Source: Clostridia bacterium | GTDB lineage: Bacteria; Bacillota; Clostridia; Oscillospirales; CAG-272 | Assembly (NCBI GenBank): GCA_017935225.1 | Contig: JAGBIA010000043.1 | Coordinates: 1-53,743, forward strand | Direction: 5' to 3' | DNA length: 53,743 nucleotides | Shown: positions 17,914 through 26,537 of the stretch, piece after piece | Numbering within the stretch: position 1 is the first letter of the stretch | Layout of the letters: every line of letters begins with the position of its first letter | Notes under the pieces: generated by a model | Told to the model about the DNA's origin: nothing | The model's input: the letters and a program-made list of their open reading frames with translations, nothing else | The model's database searches: none | Program-made: the position numbers and the translations under genes

Positions 17914-19977
17914 ATGACAAGAGACGGTCTTGAGGCAGAGGTCAAGGAAAAGAAACCGAAAAGAGTAAAAAAAGAGCGTCCACCAAAGCCGGAGAAGCCT
18001 CCAAAAGCTCCTAAGGTTCCAAAAGAGAAAAAAGAAAATAGGAGCTATACGGGAATTGCATCCATAAGCCTTCTTATCTCGCTTTGGGACGGATTTTGGA
18101 ATATTTTTTGCAATTCACTTGTAAAGGGCTTCTTTGGAAGGATCTTTTCTTCTTATTCAAAACTCCAGAGCTCCTATTCAAACGGTTTTATAAAGGAATT
18201 TCTTTTCAAGGACAGACGACTGAAAAAGATATTCCGAAAAATCAGAAAATTCCTCTCGAGTAACATTGAGACATGTTTCCCGGTAACGATAGGAAACAGA
18301 ATGATAAAATACTTTGCAAGTGCGCCGCTCAGCTTCTACGGAAACTTTGGACTCTTCTTCGGAATATATACCTGCGTGGTATATTTCATAAAGCTTCTGC
18401 TGCCTGCGCTTGCTACGGCGGATATAGGCCATCTCATCGTAGGTGTCGCTATTCTCATAGTCTCCTTGCCACTCTCGTTCTCGAGACTTTCGTTTGCAAG
18501 CGCAATAACGAGAAGTGCGGCGGGCAGATGGATATTCCAAAGTTGCTTCGGACTTTCCGATGAGGTCGTTGCAAAATACGCGCCCATCAAAAAGGGTAAG
18601 GGCAACCGTATGCTTTTCTTCGGTCTTGTTGCAGGTACTTTGACATTCTTTTTCCATCCGCTTGCGATACTCGCGGTGATCTTGCTCTTCGCAACCGTGA
18701 TGTTCATTTCCGTCACCCCCGAGATTGGCGTAATGCTGACAATATTCGCAGTGCCTTTCTGCGTATTTATGCCAAGTCCTACGCTATGTCTCTGTCTTAT
18801 GGTCATTACTACCGCATTCTTTTACGGTATCAAGATCATACGCGGTAAGAGAGTGTTCAAGCTTGAGCTTGTGGATATGGCAATATTGCTCTTTGGAATT
18901 TTAATCTACTTTGCAAGCGTGTTCAGCGCAGGTGACAAAGGTTCTGTAAACTCCGCGCTCGTATCCTGCACGCTTATTCTCGGATATTTTCTGCTTGTAA
19001 ACCTTATGAGGACTAAGAAGTGGATAATGCGTTGCGTTGCCGCGCTTATCAGCTCTGCAACGATAGTCGCATTTATTGGAGTAATCGAGTATATCTTCGG
19101 AAAGGGAAGTAATGCAAGTTGGCTTGACGCAACGCTTTTTGGTTCTATCAAGCTTCGCATAGTTTCTCTCTTTGAAAATCCCAATATGCTCGCAACCTAC
19201 CTTGTCCTCGTGTTTCCCTTTGTGCTCGCGACACTTGTTCTCGCGAAAAACTCAAAGCTCAGATTTTTCAGTTTTCTTCTCAGCGCACTATTCGTATGCG
19301 CTATAATAATGACCTGGACGAGAGGTGCGTGGATAGCAGCCGCGATTGCCGCTTTGATATTCTTTACCGTATATTCCAAGAAAACTCTGCGTATCTTCGG
19401 GGTGCTGATCCTGGCACTTCCCGTAATTCCGATGATCCTGCCCGATAATATATTCGACAGACTCGCGAGCATCCTCAATCTCTCGGATAGCTCGATATCC
19501 TACCGCATCTACACCTGGATAGGCTCTATAAGAGTCATAAAGGATAATTTCCTCGGCGGTATAGGCTACGGAACAGATGCCTTCAAGGCGATCTATCCGC
19601 AATATGCGTTTGCGGGCATCGAAACCGCGGAGCATTCTCATAGCCTCTATCTGCAGATCCTTATCGCGATGGGCATCGGAGGTTTCCTATGTTTCCTCAT
19701 CCTCGCATTTCTATATATGCAGAAAAGCGCCGAGTATATCAAGAAGCCCGAGGATAAGCACTCAAAGTTCTATGTTACGGCGGCACTCACTTCGATAATC
19801 GCAGTGCTGATAATGGGAATATTCGACTACGTATGGTTCAACTATCGTGTATTCTTTATATTCTGGATCGTTATGGCGATCGGATGTGCCTTCGTAAGAG
19901 TGGGTAGTGCCGAGGCTGAACGGCAGGATCTGCCTATAGACGAGAGTAGCCGCGAGAACGACGGCAAATATAATTGA
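17914..19977 (+). CDS. O-antigen ligase (Wzy_C) family membrane protein
   Basis: Many transmembrane segments; FENPNMLA, TWTRGAW, GIGYG, HSHSLYLQ. Confidence 0.85.
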   Translation: MTRDGLEAEVKEKKPKRVKKERPPKPEKPPKAPKVPKEKKENRSYTGIASISLLISLWDGFWNIFCNSLVKGFFGRIFSSYSKLQSSYSNGFIKEFLFKDRRLKKIFRKIRKFLSSNIETCFPVTIGNRMIKYFASAPLSFYGNFGLFFGIYTCVVYFIKLLLPALATADIGHLIVGVAILIVSLPLSFSRLSFASAITRSAAGRWIFQSCFGLSDEVVAKYAPIKKGKGNRMLFFGLVAGTLTFFFHPLAILAVILLFATVMFISVTPEIGVMLTIFAVPFCVFMPSPTLCLCLMVITTAFFYGIKIIRGKRVFKLELVDMAILLFGILIYFASVFSAGDKGSVNSALVSCTLILGYFLLVNLMRTKKWIMRCVAALISSATIVAFIGVIEYIFGKGSNASWLDATLFGSIKLRIVSLFENPNMLATYLVLVFPFVLATLVLAKNSKLRFFSFLLSALFVCAIIMTWTRGAWIAAAIAALIFFTVYSKKTLRIFGVLILALPVIPMILPDNIFDRLASILNLSDSSISYRIYTWIGSIRVIKDNFLGGIGYGTDAFKAIYPQYAFAGIETAEHSHSLYLQILIAMGIGGFLCFLILAFLYMQKSAEYIKKPEDKHSKFYVTAALTSIIAVLIMGIFDYVWFNYRVFFIFWIVMAIGCAFVRVGSAEAERQDLPIDESSRENDGKYN

Positions 19978-19991
19978 GAAAGGACTTGCAT

Positions 19992-20540
19992 ATGAACAGT
20001 AATTCTCACGCGAATACAAGCGTTGCAAAAAAAGCAAAAAGAAAATTTAATTTTATCGACTTTCTGATAGTACTCGTTATAGTTGCTATTCTCGGTATCG
20101 TTATTTACGTGTTCTCGCCATGGGCACAGATAGAAAAGCTTTGGTCGAGCAGTGACGTCGAGCTGACATACTTCGTTGAGATCAAGGATGTGGATATCGA
20201 ATATATCGACAGTATCAAAGAGGGAGACGAGATACTCAACTCGGTCACAAAAAGCTCGCTCGGAACTATCAGAGAGATAGCAAAGATGGAAAAAGCGTAC
20301 GTCTACGATTACGTTCTTGATGAGAATGGCAATATGACCTGCGTTCTTTCCGAACAACCCAAGAAGTACAATATCACCATTAAGGTCGTGGCTGATGCAG
20401 ACTTTGAAGAAAATGTCGGCTACACTGTGAACGGTGCGAGAGTTGCCATTGGAGAAATGCTTGATATGAGATTGCCGAACTACGTTTGCAGCGGCGAATG
20501 CATTCAGCTCTACGAGATCACAACAGGGGAGGAGCAGTAA
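19992..20540 (+). CDS. DUF4330-like membrane-anchored protein
   Basis: KFNFIDFLIVLV anchor followed by a beta-rich domain; start ATG 19992 behind gaaagga. Confidence 0.65.
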   Translation: MNSNSHANTSVAKKAKRKFNFIDFLIVLVIVAILGIVIYVFSPWAQIEKLWSSSDVELTYFVEIKDVDIEYIDSIKEGDEILNSVTKSSLGTIREIAKMEKAYVYDYVLDENGNMTCVLSEQPKKYNITIKVVADADFEENVGYTVNGARVAIGEMLDMRLPNYVCSGECIQLYEITTGEEQ

Positions 20541-21136
20541 TGAAAAACAAGAGTATTTCTGAAGCCGAAGCTTTGCAGGGCAAGGATGCCTCGAAAGCAA
20601 AAGGAGAAAAAAAGCATAAGTTCCCGAAGTTCGGTGTTCTCGATGCGGTCATTATCCTGCTCGTTATCGTGATATGCGCAGGTGTATATTTCAGATACAG
20701 CTTTTTTGACAAGCTCAACAGCTCAAAGAATCTCAAGGAGTGCTATATCACCTTCAAGACAGACAAGGTCACTACCGCTGTTACAAGAGCGCTTGAGATA
20801 GACGACGTAGTTTATTTTAAATCGACAGGCGAAACGCTTGGTACCCTGACGGTCAGTTCCGAGGAGATAGCTATAGTCATTCAGGAGCAGCCTGCCACAG
20901 CGACAGTATTCAAGGACGGAAAGTCTTATGCTGACGTTCAGTATCCGCAGGGAATGGAGAACTCGCTGATATACGGTATCGGTACGATCAAGTGCGAGTG
21001 TGCGGTTGCAGAGAACGGCTCGTTCCTTCTTGATGGTTCGACCTATCTTGCTCCGGGACAGACCTACACCGTATGTACAGAGAAAGTTACGTTCGATATT
21101 ACCGTTACCGCGATCGAAGAAATAGGTGAGAATTAA
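20540..21136 (+). CDS. DUF4330-like membrane-anchored protein (paralog)
   Basis: KFGVLDAVIILLV anchor; TAATG stop/start overlap with the previous gene. Confidence 0.6.
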   Translation: MKNKSISEAEALQGKDASKAKGEKKHKFPKFGVLDAVIILLVIVICAGVYFRYSFFDKLNSSKNLKECYITFKTDKVTTAVTRALEIDDVVYFKSTGETLGTLTVSSEEIAIVIQEQPATATVFKDGKSYADVQYPQGMENSLIYGIGTIKCECAVAENGSFLLDGSTYLAPGQTYTVCTEKVTFDITVTAIEEIGEN

Positions 21137-21242
21137 GCACAAAATTCTCAAAATTTGTTAATTTGTAGCTTTTGTGTACAATTCGTGTATCTTTTCGTAT
21201 TTTTTCAACAAAACTTTGTACATTTTCACTAATATTTTGCTA

Positions 21243-21271
21243 TTGATTTTATGCGATTTTTTTGATATACT
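21243..21271 (+). promoter_or_regulatory. SigA-type promoter for ptsH
   Basis: TTGATT-17 nt-TATACT with extended TG. Confidence 0.6.
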
Positions 21272-21369
21272 ATTATTAACGAATTCTATCTTATTCTAAG
21301 AACAATCGATCGACTGCAGATCTGTTGCCGTTCGTGTATCGATCATTTGTGAACAGGAGCTTTTATATT

Positions 21370-21633
21370 ATGGTAAAAAGAGAAATGGCCATCACCAACA
21401 ACATAGGATTGCATGCCAGACCTGCAACGTTTTTTATACAGAAGGCTAACACCTTTAAGTCTTCGGTATGGATCGAAAAGGATGACCGCAAGGTAAATGC
21501 AAAGAGCTTGCTCGGCGTTCTTTCTCTCGGTATCGCTAAGGGAATGGTAGTTACCCTTATCGCAGACGGATCCGATGAAAACGAAGCTATCGAGGGTCTT
21601 ATCAATCTGGTTCAGACCGGACTTGCAGACTAA
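21370..21633 (+). CDS. ptsH: Phosphocarrier protein HPr
   Basis: GLHARPA (His15) and NAKSLLG (Ser46); start ATG 21370. Confidence 0.93.
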   Translation: MVKREMAITNNIGLHARPATFFIQKANTFKSSVWIEKDDRKVNAKSLLGVLSLGIAKGMVVTLIADGSDENEAIEGLINLVQTGLAD

Positions 21634-21651
21634 AACAGCAGATACTTAAAG

Positions 21652-21685
21652 GGGACTGTAGCTATGCCTTACGGTCCCTGTTTTT
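21652..21685 (+). terminator. Intrinsic terminator after ptsH
   Basis: gggactgta...tacggtccc followed by a T tract. Confidence 0.7.
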
Positions 21686-21713
21686 CTTATTTCAACTATC
21701 AGGAGGAAGAAGA

Positions 21714-23564
21714 ATGCCAAGCACTCAAAAAAGAACGCAAGAGCTCTTAGAAAAAGCAAATTCGCTTCCTCTATGCTCAGGCGTATATATTATGAAAGAC
21801 CGAAACGGTAAGATAATATACGTCGGTAAATCAAGAAAGCTCAAAAACCGAGTTTCGCAATATTTTCAGCAGAGCCGCAAGAATACGAAGACGGCGAGAA
21901 TGGTATACAGCGCCGAGGATTTTGAATATATCGTCTGCAAGACTGAAATAGAAGCTCTCACGCTTGAAAATTCACTTATAAAACAGAACACACCAAAGTA
22001 TAACATAAAACTCAAGGATGCAAAATCCTATCCGTATATCAAGATAACAGACGAAGAGTATCCGCGTATGGTTTTTACGCGCACACGCTCGTCCGACAAG
22101 GGAAAATACTACGGTCCTTTCTCGGGAAGCTCGATCGCGTATTCGATCTTGGATATACTTCATAAGTCTATCGGTATTCCGAGTTGCAAGCGTCGCTTTC
22201 CGCAGGATTTCGGCAAAGAACGCCCGTGCATCTATTACCAGATGAAACAATGCTGCGGACTTTGCACGGGCGAGGTCTCCAAAGAGGAATATTCCGCGCT
22301 TCTGCAGTGCGCCACCGACGTGCTCAAAGGAAATATCTCTTCGGCAACAAGGATACTTACCGAGCAGATGATGGCATATGCCGACAACGAGAGCTTTGAG
22401 GCAGCGGCAAGATGCAGAGACACGATCCGCGCACTCGAACGACTAAATCAGAAGCAGAGCGTGGTCGCATCTCCCGACACGAATATGGACGTTTTCGGAC
22501 TTTATTCCGACGAGCTTGTAAGCTGTGTATCTCTGATGTGTGTGCGAAACGGCGCCGTCAACGATAAATCCGATTTCGTCTTCAACTCAGATGCAATAAC
22601 CGACGGCGAGGCGCTTGCCTCCTTTCTCGTCGATCACTATATTAAGCTCGACTACATCCCGAAGAACATTCTGATCTCGTTTGAGCTTGACGAGGCTGAT
22701 ATAAGCACACTTGAGGAATTCTTGTCCGAACGCGCGGCTCACAGAGTTTATATAAAGCACCCCGAGCGCGGCACGAACAAGGAGCTCGTCTCGGTGGTAT
22801 GCGGAAATGCCGAGGAGAAGGCGAGACAGACCAAGCTTGAGTCGCAGAAGGATGACAGCGTGCTTCTCTCGCTTGCAGAGCTTCTCAGACTAGAAAGCAT
22901 CCCCGAGCGAATAGAGGCTTACGACATATCAAATATCGGAACCGAGAACGTCACCGCAGGTATGGTAGTATACGAGAACGGCAAGGCGGCTAAGGCTGAA
23001 TACAGGCTATTTAAGATGCGCGAGCTCAATGGTACTACCGACGACTATGCTTCGATGCAAGAGGCGATACGGCGCAGAATTAAGCATCTCAAAGAGGATC
23101 AGAGCGGCTCGTTCTCGAAATACCCCGATCTGCTGCTTATCGACGGCGGTAAAGGACACGTCTCGGCGGTCAAAGAGGTTCTCAGAGAAGAGAATATAGA
23201 CCTCGCGGTCTTCGGTATGGTAAAGGACGATTTCCACAAGACGCGCGCACTATGCACCGACACCGAGGAGATAAACATCGCCAAGGAAAGAGCGATATTT
23301 ATGCTCATATACAAAATTCAGGAAGAAGTCCACAGATTTACCGTCGGTAAAGTTATGGCGGCAAAGCGCGCGACTATGAAGCACTCCTCGCTTGAGAAGA
23401 TACAAGGAATAGGCCCGTCTAAAGCCAAGAAGCTTCTTATGTCGTTTGGTACTCTCGCCGCACTCAAAAACGCGTCTGAGAGCGAAATTTCGGCACTCAA
23501 GGGCATCTCGGCGGACGATGCGCACAACGTATTTGAATATTTCAGAGAGAAGGACAAAAAATGA
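21714..23564 (+). CDS. uvrC: Excinuclease ABC subunit C
   Basis: GIY-YIG (GVYIM..IYVGK), FEAAARCRD, IEAYDISN, IDGGKG, C-terminal HhH. Confidence 0.96.
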   Translation: MPSTQKRTQELLEKANSLPLCSGVYIMKDRNGKIIYVGKSRKLKNRVSQYFQQSRKNTKTARMVYSAEDFEYIVCKTEIEALTLENSLIKQNTPKYNIKLKDAKSYPYIKITDEEYPRMVFTRTRSSDKGKYYGPFSGSSIAYSILDILHKSIGIPSCKRRFPQDFGKERPCIYYQMKQCCGLCTGEVSKEEYSALLQCATDVLKGNISSATRILTEQMMAYADNESFEAAARCRDTIRALERLNQKQSVVASPDTNMDVFGLYSDELVSCVSLMCVRNGAVNDKSDFVFNSDAITDGEALASFLVDHYIKLDYIPKNILISFELDEADISTLEEFLSERAAHRVYIKHPERGTNKELVSVVCGNAEEKARQTKLESQKDDSVLLSLAELLRLESIPERIEAYDISNIGTENVTAGMVVYENGKAAKAEYRLFKMRELNGTTDDYASMQEAIRRRIKHLKEDQSGSFSKYPDLLLIDGGKGHVSAVKEVLREENIDLAVFGMVKDDFHKTRALCTDTEEINIAKERAIFMLIYKIQEEVHRFTVGKVMAAKRATMKHSSLEKIQGIGPSKAKKLLMSFGTLAALKNASESEISALKGISADDAHNVFEYFREKDKK

Positions 23565-24118
23565 GAATAATCACCGGAAGTGCAAAGGGAATAAGGCTCA
23601 GAACTCTTGAGGGTGACGCAACGCGTCCGACCGCGGAGAGAGTCAAAGAAGCCGTTTTCTCGATGATACAGTTTGATATTGAGGGCAGAAGCGTGCTTGA
23701 TCTTTTCGCGGGTTCGGGACAGATGGCGCTTGAGGCACTCAGCAGAGGTGCGGCAAGCGCAACTCTCGTTGACAGATCGAAAAATGCCGTCGCGATCATC
23801 CGCGACAACGCGGCAAAAACAAAGCTTGCAGACAAATGCGCGATATTTCAGTCAGATTACCTCGACTTCATTCGCCGCTCTGCAGGTAAACAGTACGATA
23901 TAATCTTCCTCGATCCGCCGTACGCGCTGAAAATGTACAAGCCTGCGCTTGAGGAGATGCTGAGCTCCTCGATACTTAAGCCTAGCTCGCTGATCATCTG
24001 CGAAAGCGGCGAGGATGCTGTGTTTGACGGGGATGCCGAGCTCGCATCACACTTTGAGATAGAAAAGCAGACGAGATACAGCAAGACCTTTATCACGATA
24101 TTCCGTCCTATTATTTAA
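23561..24118 (+). CDS. rsmD: 16S rRNA (guanine966-N2)-methyltransferase
   Basis: MRIITG, TRPT, LDLFAGSG, EALSRGA, FLDPPY. Confidence 0.93.
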   Translation: MRIITGSAKGIRLRTLEGDATRPTAERVKEAVFSMIQFDIEGRSVLDLFAGSGQMALEALSRGAASATLVDRSKNAVAIIRDNAAKTKLADKCAIFQSDYLDFIRRSAGKQYDIIFLDPPYALKMYKPALEEMLSSSILKPSSLIICESGEDAVFDGDAELASHFEIEKQTRYSKTFITIFRPII

Positions 24119-24127
24119 GGAGAAAGA

Positions 24128-24619
24128 ATGACTAATCAGAGAATTGCGGTAGTTCCGGGCAGCTTTGACCCGATAACCAACGGACATATTGACGTGATCC
24201 GCCGCGCGACAGAGCTTTATGACAAGGTTTTCGTCGCGGTCATGATCAATGACCAGAAAAAGTACAGATTTACTCTCGAAGAGCGAGAGGCTATCGCTCG
24301 GGCGGCGCTTGAAGGTCTTGAGCGAGTCGAGGTGATATCCTCGCGCGGATGGCTCTGGGAGCTTGCCAAGGACATCGGTGCGTGCGCGATCGTCAAGGGG
24401 TATCGCAACGAGACCGATCTTGAGTACGAGCAGAAAATGGCAGAGTTTAACAAAGAGCACAACCCCGATGCCGAGACTGTATTGCTCAAGGCAAGCGACG
24501 GACTTGAGACACTCAGCTCTACAGTCGTAAGAGAAAGGATGCTCAACGACGAGCAGATCGACGGACTGCTACCCGAAAAAGCTATAGAGCTTATAAAAAA
24601 ATTAACGCCGAGAGATTAG
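24128..24619 (+). CDS. coaD: Phosphopantetheine adenylyltransferase
   Basis: PGSFDPITNGH, LSSTVVRE; follows rsmD. Confidence 0.93.
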   Translation: MTNQRIAVVPGSFDPITNGHIDVIRRATELYDKVFVAVMINDQKKYRFTLEEREAIARAALEGLERVEVISSRGWLWELAKDIGACAIVKGYRNETDLEYEQKMAEFNKEHNPDAETVLLKASDGLETLSSTVVRERMLNDEQIDGLLPEKAIELIKKLTPRD

Positions 24620-24725
24620 CGTGATGTTCTTAGCGGAGAATTTGAATATTCAATGTAGTGAGAGCGTCGCATTTGACTAGTCAAACACACTTTGGGCTAA
24701 GCCCAACCCCTTATTACAAGCAGAA

Positions 24726-24777
24726 AGAGCAAGAGTAAAAGGAAACAAATCCTTCTATTCTTGCTCTGTTCGTTTTT
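24726..24777 (+). terminator. Probable terminator of uvrC-rsmD-coaD
   Basis: agagcaagagta/tattcttgctct outer stem, aagga/tcctt inner stem, then gttcgttttt. Confidence 0.55.
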
Positions 24778-24781
24778 ATAG

Positions 24782-24976
24782 ATGAATTGATGCTGACGCA
24801 TCATGAATTGAAGTCTGCGACTGCATGATTTCTCGCTTCGCTCCATGAATTGAATTGCAACCAATGTGCCGCAAGGCACAATTCATGCCGCAGGCAATTC
24901 ACGAAAGCTTGGCTTTCGATTCACGCAACCGCGAGGTTGCAATTCATTGCGTGTTCTCCGTTAAGGATAACACGCA
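24782..24976. repeat. Divergent array of mini-hairpins separated by AATTCAT-type linkers (REP/BIME-like)
   Basis: ATGAATT-like at 24782, 24803, 24825, 24845; AATTCAY-like at 24880, 24896, 24918, 24941; short hairpins between linkers. Confidence 0.8.
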
Positions 24977-24994
24977 TTGATCTTGGCGTTATTT

Positions 24995-26470
24995 TTATAA
25001 AATTATGCAGATAAGTCCGTTGCTGCCCTCGTTGACGATGCGTTCAAGCGTTTCGGAGAGCTTGGTACGCGAGTCGTCCGGGATGTGCTCGAGCTTCGTG
25101 TGAAGTCCCTCGTTGACAAGCTCGTATAGCGTCTTGCCGAACATATTCGAGCTCCAGATCTTCTGCGGCTCGGCTTCAAATTCACGCAACATCGAGCGCA
25201 CAAGCTCCTCAGACTGCTGCTCCGTACCGACGATGGGATTGATCTCTGTCTCAATGTTTGCTCTTATCATATGGATCGACTGCGCCGAGGCACAAAGTCT
25301 TACTCCGTACGCACCGTTCTGCTTGACGATCTGCGGCTCTTCGAGTCGGAGCTCGTCGATGCCGGGCATAACTATTCAGTAACCCTTGCTCTCGACCATC
25401 TCAAGTGCGTCAGCAACCCTCTCGTACTTTGTCTTCATTTCGCGGAGCTCACGCAGAAGAGAGATAAGCTCAGCCTCGGAGGATATGTCAAATCCCGACA
25501 GCTCGCTGACAACGTCATAATAAAGCTCGTCGGAGAACTCAAGACAAACGCGCGCCTTGCCGTTTCCGAGATCAATATTTTCAAGGCTATACCCCTTAAT
25601 GTACTCATTTTCGCCAAGAGTCTCAAGCGCGTTCTTGACGTCGCCGACCTTCTTGACCTCAGAAGCAAGTTTGCTCACAGCTTCTCGTATCGAAACTCTG
25701 ATCGGGTGTATCGGCTCAAGCGCGGATACCCAGCGGGGAAGAGAGAAAGAAATCTCGCTGACGGGGAATTCGTGCAGAACGAGCTCGAGAATATGAGAGA
25801 TATCTTCAAAATTCAGATCAATACAGCTTACAAGTGCCACAGGAGCCCCGTATTTCTCCTCAAGCTCATATGCAAGTGCCATAGCTCTCTCGGACGTAGG
25901 ATCAGCGGAGTTTAGCACGATGGCAAACGGCTTGCCTATAGCTTTCAGCTCGGATACCACGCGCTCCTCAGCGGGAATATAGCTCTCGCGCGAGATCTCC
26001 CCGATGCTTCCGTCGGTAGTAACGAGCATTCCGATAGTAGAGTGATCCTTGATGACCTTCTCTGTACCGTATTCAGCCGCCTCGACGAAGGGCATAGGCT
26101 CTTCCTGCCACGGTGTGTGAACCATACGCTCCTGACCGTTCTCAAGCGTGCCGAGAGCCTCGGAAACTATGTAGCCTACGCAGTCGATCATCTTGACTCT
26201 CATCGAGATACCGTCCTCGATCTTCACGCTTACCGCCTCGTCGGGCACGAACTTCGGCTCTGTCGTCATAACCGTCTTGCCTGCGGCAGATTGCGGCATT
26301 TCGTCGCGCGCGCGTTCCTTTGAATAACCGTCCTCGATGTTAGGAAGAACCACAGTCTGCATAAACCGCTTGATGAAGGTTGACTTTCCTGTTCGCACGG
26401 GACCGACCACACCGATATAGATGTCACCGCCCGTTCTTTGCGAAATATCTTTATAAATAGAGTTTTCCAC
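24995..26470 (-). pseudogene. spoIVA: Stage IV sporulation protein A with one in-frame TGA at 25376-25378
   Basis: GVVGPVRTGKSTFIKRFM, DCVGY, HSTIG, GLICIIL end; the two ORFs are in one frame (SKGY*IVMP); start GTG 26470 behind gggagg. Confidence 0.88.
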
Positions 26471-26500
26471 GATAAAATCCTCCCGATATATTTTCATTAA

Positions 26501-26529
26501 AATATACGGGAGGATGTTTCATTTTAGAA
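26501..26529 (-). promoter_or_regulatory. SigE-like promoter for spoIVA
   Basis: TTCTAAA-14 nt-CGTATATT on the minus strand; spoIVA is SigE-controlled in studied spore formers. Confidence 0.5.
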
Positions 26530-26537
26530 CCGTCTAT

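Noticed and set aside
21281-21345. Cluster of 6-bp palindromes (gaattc, atcgat, cgatcg, ctgcag, agatct) in the ptsH leader, resembling a polylinker or riboswitch
   Set aside because: No vector context and no riboswitch consensus that I recognise; compatible with chance or a weak leader hairpin.
24697-24879. 60-aa minus-strand ORF in the repeat region
   Set aside because: No RBS or recognisable motif; it simply crosses the hairpins.
24782-24976. Hairpin array as a CRISPR array
   Set aside because: The constant part is only 7 nt, the variable parts are 9-16-nt self-complementary stems, the two halves are inverted, and no cas genes are present.
25340-25378. spoIVA TGA as selenocysteine or genetic-code reassignment
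   Set aside because: The position is Gly, not Cys; no convincing SECIS follows; TGA is a normal stop in several other genes here.
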